DNA of 64,000 bases from Tubulanus polymorphus (GCF_964204645.1 NC_134027.1:19492560-19556559); one strand, 5' to 3'. Numbered from the stretch's first letter, positions 26,165 through 39,208 are shown. Translations and numbers: made by a program. Notes: a model not told the origin generated them from the sequence alone.

Positions 26165-26866
26165 TTATTAGGAAAAAAAATTACTTGTGGTGATGAGTGG
26201 TGTTTAGTACTCTAGTACTCTGGTATGAAACCCCACTTTTACAATTACTATTTGGGATGACATAATTTTGGCAGAGGGAGTCGAAGAAAACGGGCGTCTT
26301 TCTCTCAATGCACGTACTGGAATGGACCTAAAACTATGAAAGAGGTTAGAAACATAAGGAGGACAAAGTCTGTTTGAAGCTTTGAACATATAATTCCTTT
26401 TTACTATAAATTCATTACAAACTTCACATTTTATTTCATCCACATTCATATTTTCTAATCGTTCTTTTCTTTCATTGGAATTTTCTGGGGTTTCAAAATC
26501 TATAACATTTTTTATATGATTTGAAGATTTTTCATGTTTAGATTTATTAGATTTATCGATGTATTTTTTACAATATTGGCAATAATATTGATTTTTATTA
26601 ACATTATTGTTTTCTGTTTGGTACTCACTCTCTCCCATTTATTAGGAAAAAAAATTACTTGTGGTGATGAGTGGTGTTTAGTACTCTAGTACTCTGGTAT
26701 GAAACCCCACTTTTACAATTACTATTTGGGATGACATAATTTTGGCAGAGGGAGTCGAAGAAAACGGGCGTCTTTCTCTCAATGCACGTACTGGAATGGA
26801 CCTAAAACTATGAAAGAGGTTAGAAACATAAGGAGGACAAAGTCTGTTTGAAGCTTTGAACATATA
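25915..26866. repeat. 474-bp tandem duplication covering pPolB 5' end, right TIR, TSD and LINE flank
   Basis: 25915-26388 is repeated at 26389-26862; second TIR ends at 26723 and is again followed by ATTTGG. Confidence 0.93.
26180..26249 (-). repeat. P1 right terminal inverted repeat
   Basis: Ends AATTACT followed by TSD ATTTGG. Confidence 0.95.
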
Positions 26867-29760
26867 TATATATATACTTAATCGGTCTATTCTCTGCGTT
26901 GAAAGGGTAGACCAGTTTAACGAATACAATACTTTTTCAGTATTAGAGCCATGTATACAGCCAGAAACAAGTACGGCTGCTCTGTAATGTAGCCGCTCTA
27001 ATCTATCTAGTGTTGTCTTAGGGGCACTGTGGGTACTTCTAAAGTACGAAACTACGAAATTAAGAAATATGAAACGAAATTACGAAATGCAAAACGAAAT
27101 TAAGAAATGCTAAAGTACGAAACGAAATACTATACGAAATGCTAAACTACGAAACGAAATGGTCATTTTTTCGCGGGTCCTGCTAAAGTATAAAATGTAA
27201 TACGAAACGAAAATTTTGTAATTTTTTGCGCTATAGCAGCGGATTCGTGGAGCTGGCTAAAACATGCGCACCCGGTCTAGTGTGGCAGGGTTCCGTGCCG
27301 CGACTGAGTTTAGCGATGCCATCAGGGATAATGATCTGCGCATGCTCATATACAACTGGAAGGTAGCGATTAATAAATTACGGGTTAGAGAACGAAGTGT
27401 GCCTTAAAATATATCCTGCAGTGTTTAGGCTAAAAAATTGATACCTCGTTTCTCCTCTGCTGAGGAGCTTAAAAGTTGACCCGACCGGCCGCTAATCTAC
27501 CCTGTACATTAATTTTTTCTGAGCTAAATGATCGATACTAGACAGGTTCAGATATGTCGGCCCGTGTCCAAGAACGGGATAATCCTATCGCGGTTACGAG
27601 CTCGGTGTCGCGTGAAGCGCTTGCCTTTCCTTTCAGCTACAGTCAACCCCGCATAAGTCGTCATCGAATTAGTCGTATCATCACATCTCTCGTATAATTA
27701 TTTTGGTCCCGATTTTTTTCTTCTTTAAACCTTATAAAATAATGCTTATAACTCGTACTTTATAAGTTGTATTTTCACGTAAGTCGTATCAATTATAAAT
27801 TCCAAATCGACCCTCCGCTATAACGCCAATGAAATCATACAGTCCTATTCTAACTCTTAGAAAAAACTTTCGTTATAAAACGCCAATGATGTTTGTTATG
27901 TTAATAATTGATACATGTGGTCAGCAGTATCGCACTGTATCATTTATTTTCCATTATCAAAATGAAATAAACTAAGACCTTTACCCTGTCTGGATTTTGC
28001 AAGGGATGCGGATTCGAAAAGAAAATTCACGGCCGGAATTTTTTTCAGATTGCTCGTCACTACGCTGTTAAGCGGTAAAAAGATCGTCTTGTAGTCCATG
28101 TGTAGGGCCTATCATTTCACTATGCTTTACCGCGTCTGAGTTCGTCGAAATGGCTCAGCGTATTCATTATTTATGTTTGAGAACATCCTACAAGTTTATA
28201 CTAATTGTAGACGTTCTTAAAACCCTCCAGTTTAAGAAAATAAATTCTTGAATATGGTACTTTCAAAAGATCATTTACATGCACCGCCGAGATTTTTACA
28301 GTCCCGTAGCGTTAAAACGAGCTTTGACCATAGTATGGGCGTGTGTTTGGAATGTGACCATTTCGTTTCGTATTTCGGTTCGTATTTTAGCACTACTGGC
28401 AAAAAAATTTCCATTTCGTAATTTCGTAATTTCTTAATTTCGTAGTTTCGTAATTTCGCTCCATATTTCGTAATTTCGCTCCATATTTCGTAATTTCGTT
28501 TCATATTTCGTAATTTCGTACTTTAGCAGGACCCGGGGCACTGTTGTAGATCGCGTCACAGTAGTCGAAATGGGGTCGGATGAATGACATATACATAATA
28601 TTTAGGTGTCGAGATTTAATAGGTTTACTGAGGTATTTATGAGAGGATTTGATTTGGATTGAACCTTGGATTCAAGTTCCTGAATATGAGCCGAGTAGGA
28701 CAAATTGATGTCAAGGACAAAGCCTAAATATTTATGTTTTATTTTGATAGGGATATTGTCGCCATATAACTGTAATGGTGGATAGTTTTTACATGGTTTA
28801 GATTTAAGTCCCCACGTAGTAGACCAGTCTCCTATTTTATGGAGGTCTTCCTGAGTTATAGTGTTTCCTATACGGGGATTTTTTGGATCGACTGGAATAT
28901 ATATTGACGAATTGTCGGCATGCAAAATTACCTCAGAGGATAGATTATCGGGTAGATCGTTTATGTAAAATAAAAATAAGAGTTGACCTAGTATGGAACC
29001 CTGAGGCAGACCACGGTTGATGAAATTGTCTTTGGATGGGCTAGAAAGGGACCCATTTACTGAAATCTGAATTTTCCGAGTATAGGTAACTGCCTAGGAT
29101 ATCATATAAGTTGCCGTTGATGCCGTAGGCAGACGGTTTATGTAGTAACAGGGAGTGTGCGATGGAATCAAATGCAGCTGCCACGTCCAAAAATACCGCG
29201 CGAACATTGAAATTGCGCTCAAATTGTTCATGGATGAAAGAAGTTATACACAGCATTTGGTCAGGAGAAAACGTGATTGATTCATATATAATAGATCATT
29301 AGACAACAGATGATTAAACATCGGATCAAAAATAACCTTTTCGAAAATTTTTGATATTGTACTGTGCAGACTAATGGGACGATTAGGGTCGTTTCTTTTG
29401 TCTTTTTATGTAATACAGTAATTGAATTCTCCAGATGTTAGAATTTTGTTAAATAAAGAGGCTAGGACGGGCGAGATCGCACGGGCAGACAATTTAAGCA
29501 TTTTATTCGTGATACCATCTAAACCATTGGCTTTATAATTATCTAACTTAGATATGATCTTCAGTACTTCAGCTGAGGAGGTATGTATATCAACTAATTT
29601 GCTGTTACAACGAGTAGGGAAGTGAGACATATGGGTATAAGGCTGTTTTAGGTGGTATTGGATAAAAAATTGAGAAAAAGTTCGGATTTTTCAAAATAAG
29701 TTTCGCATATTTTATCAGTTACCGGGTCAACCATAGATGGTATATTTACAACAAATAGCT
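26724..29760 (-). mobile_element. CR1/L2-like LINE reverse transcriptase pseudogene, interrupted by a MITE
   Basis: KANGLDGITNKMLK, AVFLDVAAAFDSI, LPQGSILG, INDLP..LHADN and KYLGFVLD motifs; stops and frameshifts. Confidence 0.85.
27031..28534. mobile_element. Non-autonomous TIR element (1504 bp) with 10-bp TSD, Mutator/foldback-like
   Basis: TSD GGGGCACTGT at 27021-27030 and 28535-28544; imperfect TIRs GGGT..CTAAAGTACGAAA built from ACGAAAT repeats. Confidence 0.85.
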
Positions 29761-30511
29761 TTACCCCCCGTCTCGCAACCTTCGGTCGGTCGGACATCGC
29801 CGCTGAGCAGCTCGCTGGTCGCAGTCTCTTCATTACGTTTCTTGTCAGCCACCCCCTTTGAAAAATCCTAGATCCGACCCTAGAATTGGCCCGATGGGAG
29901 ATACAAACGGGGGAAAAAGGTTCGAGCAGAGAAGGAGAGTGCTTGTAAAGCGAAGCCTAGAATTATCAAGATGTGCCCGCGAAAAAATATTCAGCCGAGG
30001 CGAAGGAAGCATTGAGGCAGCGGCTGAGTATGGGAGGAAGGTTGAGGAAGAAGAGGAGGTGAAGAGAGGAAACGTTTGGAGAAGAGGAAGTCGGAGTTGG
30101 ACCAGTTGGAGAAGAAGAGGGATGAGAAAGAGAACGATATCACCCCGTATTCACCCGAAGATCTGGGGACGCAGTATCAGAATAGGTGGGGAAATCTAAC
30201 ACTTACATATGTACCTACCGCCTTACCGATGCGAGCCAACCACAGATCGTACAGTCACCGGTTTTGAACTCGGACGAGCCACGTCCAGTGAAAGAGGCCC
30301 GACGCCTTCCAACCTCGCAGCAGGTATTAGCGCATGTACATCCAACCATTCGCGGCCGTCCAGCAACATTCCGCATACACCCACTGGAGACGGGCGATAT
30401 GCGTATATTTGATTCGATGACGCCTCTGTAGACCATGTCGCCCGTTTAATCGAAGAACATTAAGGAGATACAAGATCACGAGAAGACTGAAGATTTATAG
30501 GGAGGGGGTGA
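29761..30511 (+). mobile_element. 3' internal remnant of LTR retrotransposon ending in a polypurine tract
   Basis: AGGGAGGGGG lies immediately before TGTAGT. Confidence 0.6.
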
Positions 30512-31231
30512 TGTAGTAAAAGTTTCCGGTTTCGCCAAAATTTGGCGCTAATTTTGAATCACCTTTCTCCCGGATTTCACTGGCCAATATTTCTATTAAC
30601 TAATTTTAAGACTGTAAATACACTATTTTATGGCTGTACATTTTATTATATCGGGAACGGCCGGTTCTACTGTTATAACCCGTTTTTGGTTGATGTTCCG
30701 GCTGCGGCTGGGTAATTTCCGGGTCTCCTGAATACTATTAACCCCTTTTCTCGAATTGTATTTTTTAATATTTTATCATCCTTGTCGCGCACGTAGGGTT
30801 CGAATCCTTTTAACTCCGGGAATTCTTATATGTCTATTTTGTTTAGTATTGAACGTTACCATAGTCGGTAATGTTTATTATTTATCTCCGTTCGCGTGTC
30901 CGCGGTGACCTTTTTAGCCGGCGTGCGGTTGCCCGGTCCCGCTCTCATTGTTGCTGGAATGAAGCCAACTGTGAAGTCATGTGACACGCGCGGCCAATCA
31001 CGCGTGTCCGGACTTTTGTTCCAGCCAATGAGAGCGAGTCCCGGGCAGCCGCGGGCTATTAAAGGCGCGCAGCGCGTGAGTTTGGGGAGAAAGCTCCTGC
31101 GCTCATCCGCTGAACTTTCAAAGTCACTTTGTAGTGTTCACTAGCATATAGATTGAAGATGTAAGAACCAAATCGTTTTGGCGGGTGTCCGTGCCTGGAC
31201 AGTAAATTGTCTGTATATCCCTGACACTACA
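30512..31231 (+). repeat. LTR (720 bp), Gypsy-like 3' LTR
   Basis: TGTAGT...ACTACA ends, upstream PPT, two CCAAT boxes, TATTAAA at ~31057, AGTAAA at 31201. Confidence 0.8.
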
Positions 31232-32299
31232 TTAATAAGTAAATTAAACGATACTTACCTGGGTAAGGAGAAGTTTGACCATGTTTATTTAAACAAGTCA
31301 AATTCAAAATAAGTCGAAATGATCCATCTTTTTTCGGAACGAGGAAAATATTAGATAAAAATTGACCTTTTTCAGGTGAGGCCAATTCAATAATTCCACG
31401 ACTCAAAAAATCTGATTATAGTGAGTCAATAGCAGAAGTTCCAACCTCATTAAAGTGCCGAGTTCCATTCAATGTTATAACCCAAAACCAAATTCAAAAT
31501 TAATTTGTCAGAAGTTAAAGTCTCCAAAAAATGTTTAATTCGGCCAGCAACAGAAGAAGAAACAGGGGGTAATTGGGAACTTACTATATCCTCTGATGTT
31601 GACCTCTTATTCAAAAATCCTGTTTTGGAAAATTGGAAGAAGCAGGCCTTCTATAAGGCTGGAATCGCCTGTTTCCATAAACCTCTAGATCGGTAGTTCC
31701 CACGACCCCGATCTACCATTTTCGTGACCATGCGACTTGACCTTTCTATGTCACGCAACTCGTCGTCAAGTGGATCTCCAAAAAGATCCTTTCCAATACG
31801 GGATATCGACAAATTCAAGTTCTTGAATTACTCGTTCGATGGCGCTAGTCAGAACCGGAAATTGGAACCTAAATCCGCCATGTTCTAGTTCTCTCGCTTC
31901 AAGTTTTTGGTTAGCGATATTTTACTTACTATACAACGGCACGCATAATCCTTTGAGTATGATATCCTGACAATGTGTTGAATTCGATAAAACCCCACTT
32001 CGAACGCTAAAGATTACTAGAAATGTAAAAAAACTACCAAAAAATACAAATTTAGCGATGACGCTCGAAGCAGCTAACGGAAGTAATGACTGGTGCCGGG
32101 TGTCATCACTTTGTTGGTGAGTTCAAAGGCGTTTTTATTTATGATACGCGCGTATGCCGACAGCAAATTTTCCATTTATTTAACCAACTCGCCTAATCTG
32201 CGTATACAAATCGTCGCATTTATTTAACATACTTGCATACATGCGTATCATACGCAACCAACTCGTTGTTTAAGACGCGTTGCTGTCGCGTTAAGCAAG

Positions 32300-33912
32300 A
32301 TGGCGGATCCGGTGCGCGTGAGGTACGGTGTTAAAGAAACAAATTATTTTGTGAATAAGATGATGAAATCATGAGATACGTTTCTGAAAGTTGTTCACGT
32401 GTGTTGTACTTGTTTACTTATTACGGCAGTAATGCTCTGGAAATCTCACCAGTGACGTATTCTTGGTGAAAAGCGGTTTTAGTGTGTAACTAGTCAATCC
32501 TGTCTGTGTAGTAGTGTGTGTACTGAGTAGGCCTACCACAGGCACCCACACAAGGACTCATCTCGTTTGACAGTGCCGTGAGGTCGCCAATTCCCAAATT
32601 AATACTGAATTGGCGACTTCAATCAACTAATCAATCATGATTTTTTATGATACTTCAGTGAAGGCATACGTTTCTTACTTTTTTACAGTACATGCAGTGG
32701 AACTGCGAGCTGTGTTTCTGACGATGAGGGGTTAACAGTCACATTGGATATGGGTGATGCCCTTGCGACGTTCACGGTGGACAGGGCCACATATGTGGCA
32801 GTAGTGGAAAATAATGGTAGGTAGGCCTGTTTTCGTCATTACTTGCAATGCTACTTTCATTCCAGATCTATCTCATTTGAATCTCATTCATGTCATGTGA
32901 ATGATAATAATAGCAATATTTGTTAGGCTTATTCATATTTCATCTATGATGATACATGAAAATTCATTTGAATTTTATATTTTTGTAGATGAGGAAGAAA
33001 TAAAAAGCTCAAGGATGCTTATCGTAGACAGACAGGCGGATCAATTGCAATTGTTGAAAGTAAATCAAATGCCAAAGGTGTGTGGTCTTCAATATACAAT
33101 AAACCTTGATTGTGTTCTTCCCAATAATTTGATGTTTTTTGGAATCAAATGGATCCTAAAAAATCTTGAACCTTAATGTAATACTTTGATGATTTTGGGC
33201 TATGTGACCTGCAAGGGGTGGATGAAATCGGTTGTATTTATTCTCAGAGAAAATTTTGAATAATAGGTAAACTATGTTTTATGATTTCTACAATTCATTT
33301 TTCAGCTGATGCAATGTCACGTGCTGCCGTGTTGTGCCTTATTGATCTTTATAGTAAAAATGCAACTAAGATGGCTGATAAAAAACTGTGAAGAAAAAAG
33401 TATGGAATGATATTGCTACAGAAATGAAAAAGCAGGGACATTTTTTTGAGTGGTTTCAACTAAAGAATAAATTTAGTAATCTTCTGCGTTACTATCGGAG
33501 CGTAAAAGACCACAACAACAAAACTGGCAGAGAACCCAAAACATGTCCTTATTTTGAGGAGTTGGACAATATTTTTGGTGCGAAACAAAACACCCATCCA
33601 GATTTCATTTCGGATTCATTTTCGGATGAACCAAATGATAGAGGGTCTTCTACTGACACCGAAAATGATCTGTTTGATAGTTTGCCCGCTTCGTATAAAC
33701 GTAAAAGTGTCCAAACACCAAAGAAATCAAAAGTATTGAAATCACTCGAAAGTTTCCATCAACAGAAATTGGAGGAAAATGAGAAATTATCTCATCAAAT
33801 GGAAACGCAACATCAACAGATCATGGAGATTGAAAAACAAAAATTAGATTTGCTGAGGGCAACAGAGGTGAGAAAGTTAGACCACCTTCAAAAACTAGTA
33901 GATAAATTCTAA
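32300..33912 (+). CDS. Spliced Myb/SANT-like (trihelix/MADF) DNA-binding protein gene, Harbinger ORF2-like; possibly disrupted
   Basis: KKKVWNDIA..QLKNKFSNL..VKDHNNKTG..CPYFEELDNIF; candidate exons 32300-32322, 32689-32816, 32989-33077, 33306-33912; frameshift near 33385. Confidence 0.7.
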
Positions 33913-34849
33913 AAAAGAGAAAGTGAAATAGGACCAAGTATCAGTTTTGTATTTTAATGCAGATGTTAGCATTTTATGAATTATATTTTCAGTGCGAGCG
34001 TAAGCATTTTGTTAGTTAAATTTTCTGTTCAAGTGACCTCTAGAATTTTAAATTTTTATATATATTTTATCTGTATATTATATGGGACGACCGATTGTCT
34101 TTCAAACACAATGCAGGTTCATCTTGTCTAGAAACAAGAAAAATAAAGTTGATTTGAGTAATTCGATGTAGTAAAATTCAGTCATTTATTAGGTTCTATC
34201 CTTAAAATCATGGTCCCTTTGTTGACAGCTATTAGCCTCAATCCGTCCAATTGTAGTTTCTTTCGTGGCCGTATATTTACTAAGAGGATCATCATTCCTG
34301 GAATCCAGGAAGCAAGGGATTTGGTGTGTTAAGGGAGAGGAATCTAATTTAGTCTTGAGCTGCTTCATATTCTGTACTACATGCAGCTAATTACATATAT
34401 GTATCAATGATAAATATACCCCGAAATCAAATTTAGATCAGGATTTACATGGAGAGCTAATCACTTAACATGGGATTATTTTCCCTGTTTTCAACACGCT
34501 GTACTCAGTAGATTTCCCTCAAACCTAAAATACACTCAACTTGGCAAATCATTAATATTTTTCCTGTCTCCTATGTTTTCTATAGAACCCTCGAACTCAA
34601 AATCCATTTAACCGAATGATTTTGTAATCAGCTTTCGCCATTCAATTTGAGCTGACGGGAGTCTACTGTATTACTGCAAGTCTCCACCACATGCAAAATG
34701 GAAAAGAAAATCTGTGTAATTTGGAAGAGAGCATTGTATTTTCATACATTGTATCATAATCATTAAGTAATAGGAAAAGTAGGCTTTCATACCAGAGGTC
34801 GAGAGGTCGAGACACCACTCATCACCACAAGTAATTTTTTTCCTTATAA

Positions 34850-35178
34850 ATGGGAGATAGAAAAGCATTCTTAGCAACAATAAATAACAGAATAAAACGA
34901 GCAAAAAAACAACTTGAAATAAAAAAAAGTTAATTGATGTTACTAAAGAAATTGAACATAAAATATTGAAATTAGAAAAGATAAAAACTAAATATAGAGA
35001 GAAAGTATCATCGAATTTAAGCTACTGTAATTTTAGTACATCGCGAGAATTTAAAGTATTTTTACCTGATAAATGGGTTTCATTGAGTACAGAGGAATTA
35101 ACAGATTTAGAAGGATTTAAAATAATCTATCATGGAAAAAATGAAGACGGTCATCATGATTTAGAAATTGTTGATTAA
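34850..35178 (+). pseudogene. P2 copy of 108-aa protein, frameshifted
   Basis: Near-identical to 10022-10348. Confidence 0.85.
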
Positions 35179-35204
35179 ATAAAAAATAAAAATAATGAAT
35201 ATCT

Positions 35205-36080
35205 GAAAATGACCTTAGTCGTTTTACGAACAACTACAATCATACAGCCAAACATCTGTTACATGTTATTATAAGAGAGTGCTTCATTTGAATATTGATC
35301 GATCAAACAGGTGTTGCAATTCAACGTTGTTGTTATATTGGATAGCTAGCAGTTATATAATAAGCACGCAATACATACAACACACACAGGACAGGATACA
35401 TTCTCTCTCTCGTGATTAAAAGGAATATTTCAGTGTTTTTAAGGTAAGTTTTAGCAAAACCACCCGACTTGACTCGCAGAGTTTTTAGGGGATGAGGATC
35501 CCGTTATTGAGAGGCGCCACGAGATACATATCCCCAAGCATTTCTACTTACACCCCTGTGACCCACACCCTCACTAATTCTCCTTCAATGGTTGACAGGA
35601 AACACATTATATTAAAGGCGCCTAATGCATTTCCTATCAACCCCTTACCCCCGAAAGGAGGATCGAAAGTCGAAACTGAAGGAGAACCACGGAGGGTGGA
35701 CAAAGGTGCATTTTCGAAATGCCCCTGCAAGCCAAGCCCGGCGGCACTCCAGTGGTCGAATGAATTGCCTTATATACTTAGCTAAAACACCGAAGTAAAT
35801 GTTGCTGGTGTTTACTAAAGAAATATGTGAAATTTGAAATTATAAATTATTCCGAATGAAAAGAATATAGGAATGAAAACTGATAAATGAATTATGGATT
35901 TTTAACTTAATTATGATATAATTTTTAATCAAATTAGTTATCAATTATCCATGTTAATTGATTAACAAATTCAAATTCAAATATTCATTTTAGCATCACA
36001 CCCAGTGCTGCCATCTTTCAATTTAAGAAAAAACTAATGATAAGAAACGACTGTAATACAATATTCAAGTAAAAACTTCA
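35205..36080. mobile_element. Unclassified ~0.9-kb insertion in P2
   Basis: Absent from P1; flanked by a duplicated aaataatgaatatct block; GC-richer core at ~35460-35790. Confidence 0.6.
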
Positions 36081-36262
36081 AATTAAAAAACAAAATAAAT
36101 TAATAAAAATAATGAATATCTAGAATCCGAAATGACTTATCTGGACAATTTAATTGCTCCGCATAGATAGACAAAAGTAGTGAGATGGTGCCGTATGGCA
36201 CCCACATGGTGATATTCAATTAATTTAAAAAAATTATTTTTTTTTGCTTTTTTTCTAAAATA

Positions 36263-36619
36263 TTATTCCATTTTTTTTATTGCCAATTTTGGAATTTCAG
36301 CATTATTTTCATTTTTGATAGCAGTTGTTTCAGAATTATTAATATCATGAATTTTATTTGATTTCTTATACCAATTACACCCAATCAAAATGAATACAAT
36401 TACAAATCCAACTGTAAAATATAGACGTTTATCAAATATTCTATTATTAGAAGGAGTAGAAATAACAATATTTTCACCATTTTTATTACTTATTTTTTCT
36501 TTTACAGCTTTTTTATATTCTTGTGATTTAATTCCTAATTGCCGAGACCATTCCATTTGTTTCTGAGTTCTCGGTTTTTTCTTCACAGTTAATTCCTTCA
36601 CTTCTTCCACCTCGCTCAT
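36263..36619 (-). CDS. P2 small membrane protein
   Basis: TM segment LYFTVGFVIVFILIGC; homologs in P1 and P3. Confidence 0.8.
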   Translation of the reverse strand: MSEVEEVKELTVKKKPRTQKQMEWSRQLGIKSQEYKKAVKEKISNKNGENIVISTPSNNRIFDKRLYFTVGFVIVFILIGCNWYKKSNKIHDINNSETTAIKNENNAEIPKLAIKKME

Positions 36620-37158
36620 TTATTATAGAAAAATTTTTACTTTCAATATTTGAAAATGTTATAACTCCAGTTGATAATAATGTCATAAATCCGCCTAATT
36701 GAAATGATAAATATCCAATCCATTTATTTAATTCAGTCATAACTAAATAATCATTTTTTAAATCGGAATATAATCTATTTTCATCTTCAATTGGTACTAT
36801 ATAATTACATAATTTACTATAACCTTTTACTACATTTTCTGATATTGCGTCATTAATTCTAGCTGTTCTCGCGGCTTCATAAATCTTAAATAATCTAATA
36901 ATTTCATCTGATTTCATTGTATCTAATTCATTATAAGTTAAATTTTTACCGATAAAATTTTTACATTTTCCAGATGCTATTAATATTTCTAATTGATGTT
37001 AACAATAAAGATAATATTCATAATTATTATTTTTTGTAACATTATTTAAAGCACCATCATCTGGAGTTAATTTTGTTTCTGTTATTCCTAAATCATCTAA
37101 CCTTTTTTTCAATTGGAACATCACCATTTTTAGATTTTATTTTCTTTTCACCTCCCAT
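36528..37158 (-). pseudogene. P2 conserved hypothetical protein, disrupted
   Basis: Homolog of 10855-11441. Confidence 0.75.
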
Positions 37159-37176
37159 TTATATAACAAAAAAAAT

Positions 37177-37478
37177 TAGTTGCGATGTTGCAACTAGAAT
37201 TCAACTAGAATGTAACTAGAATTCAACTATATTAACAAGCTAGTTGAAATATTGTTGTTTTTAATTTCTTGTTAAATCTAGTTGATTTTTGTTCCAACTA
37301 CCAATAACTAGAATTCAACTAGAATGTAACTAAAAATATACTAGATTAACAAGCTAGTTAAAATATTGCTATTTGATTTGATGAAAATATTTTATTTGAT
37401 TTTTGTTTCAAATACCAATAACTAGAATTCAACTCGAATGTAACTAAATATGTAATAAATTAACAAACCTGTTGAATT
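37177..37478. repeat. AACTAG repeat array of P2
   Basis: Diverged counterpart of 11458-11735. Confidence 0.85.
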
Positions 37479-38083
37479 TATTTAAATTCATATTTAAATG
37501 GGTGTTGTAATCTAAATAGTAATTTTGATCTTTTAATATTTTTCAACTTATCCATATATTCATTATGTAAATCATGTGGAATTATATCATTTTCCTCAAG
37601 TGCATTTTTCATCGATTTTCTATCTTTATTGTAGAATAAAACTAGAAATCTAATGTTTTCTCTAAAGTCTTTAACAATTGAATTATATTTTTGATTTAAA
37701 ACCCAAGTTGTTATCCCAAAATGTCTGCCAGAAAAAGCTAAATAACATAACTCACTCTCTCTAATTTTTGAATCATGTAAATTTGCACAATCATCTATAA
37801 TGAATAATGTATTTGATCCTTTATAAATATCTATTGCTATTTTAATACAATTATCTAAATTTTCTTTTACTGTTTTAGGATCTAATATAATAAATTTATT
37901 ATTTCAAGTTATATTTCTATCATAAGTTTGATTAAATTCATATGTTGGACAAAATAATACTATATTATCAAAATAGTTTTCATAAACAGTTTCTAATAAA
38001 TTTAATATAAAATAAGTTTTTCCACAATTTGTTACACCAGAAATTAACATATTATGAGGCTCAATAAATAATTCCTTATTCAT
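37478..38083 (-). pseudogene. P2 packaging ATPase, disrupted
   Basis: DNA nearly colinear with 11735-12343 but no intact ORF. Confidence 0.88.
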
Positions 38084-39208
38084 TTATATATTTTTAATTT
38101 TACTTGATAATGTCCATTCATTGAATTTATCCGGCCATCCAACCCATTTTACTAAAGAATATTTTTTTCTTTTAATAGTTTTTGTCTTTAATACTTTTTC
38201 AATTTTATATTCTTGTTCTAGATTTTCAGTAGTTAAACTTAATTCTTCTTCGTAAAAGTAGCCATCAACTTCTTCACCATCTAAATCTTCTAATTTATAG
38301 ACATATGGTTTTGTTGTTATTACCTTTTTTATTTTATATATTTCTCTAGTAAAATTTCGATCGTATCCTTTATCAAATATCTTTTTATACTTAGAAATTC
38401 TAACATTTTGACCAACTTTAAATTTAGGTTCACCAAAATCATCTACAAGAAATGCTGCATATAAATTATTCCAAACAATTTCAGCATTTTCAGGTTTTCT
38501 AGCATCAATAGGTTTCATTCCAATAGAAGAATGATAAGAATTGTTATATCCTTCTATCAATTTTGGTAAAACATCAATCCATTTAAAAGTATTATTTGCT
38601 GTAAAATATTTCCACATTCTTGTTCTTAATGTTCTATTAAATCGTTCAACAACTGCTGCTTTTTTATCCGATTTTGTTGAAAAATATTTAATATTATGAT
38701 TGTCTTAGAGTTCATGAACAAGTGAATTATCAAATTCTTTTCCATCATCAAATTGTATTTTTTCTGGCTTTAGTTTATCATCCGAAAGAAATTTTCTTAA
38801 AACATTTTTGATGTTTGTACAGCATCTTTTCTATAAAGTGGGAAACTCCATACATAACGACTAAAAATATCAATTATATTCAATATCCACCAATAATCAT
38901 CATTATCTTTCTTAACATTTTTCATATCAATTAAATCTCCTTGCCACTGTCTGTTGATCTACATAACTTACCATAGTTTTACGAGTTTTATATTTTCTAA
39001 CAATTTTTTTATGTGTTGTGTATGTAAGTTGTTCTAACATAAATTCATTTATATCTTTAAATTTAACTAAATTTTGTGGGATTATCTTATCTTGTTTTAC
39101 TTGACGCCATATATTTTTGGTAGAAGAATAAGCAACCGAACTCTCAGGGTTGTAATATAAATTTCTTAAATATTGTTCTTTAGTATTGGGAGTTTTTTTA
39201 CCGCCCAT
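38084..39208 (-). pseudogene. P2 integrase-chromodomain, frameshifted
   Basis: ORFs 38927-39208 and 38084-38617 match the P1 integrase. Confidence 0.9.

Larger units (their letters stand above)
9294..26249 (-). mobile_element. Complete Polinton/Maverick-like endogenous virus P1 (16,956 bp)
   Basis: 70-bp TIRs (AGTAATT...AATTACT); 6-bp TSD ATTTGG at 9288-9293 and 26250-26255; pPolB, integrase, ATPase, MCP and penton genes. Confidence 0.96.

Noticed and set aside
9294-26249. Bacterial or phage contamination
   Set aside because: A perfect TSD within a eukaryotic LINE and a BEL insertion in the sister copy show genuine chromosomal integration.
26204-26929. Separate genes 26204-26638 and 26678-26929
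   Set aside because: Products of the 474-bp duplication and LINE remnant reading into the TIR.
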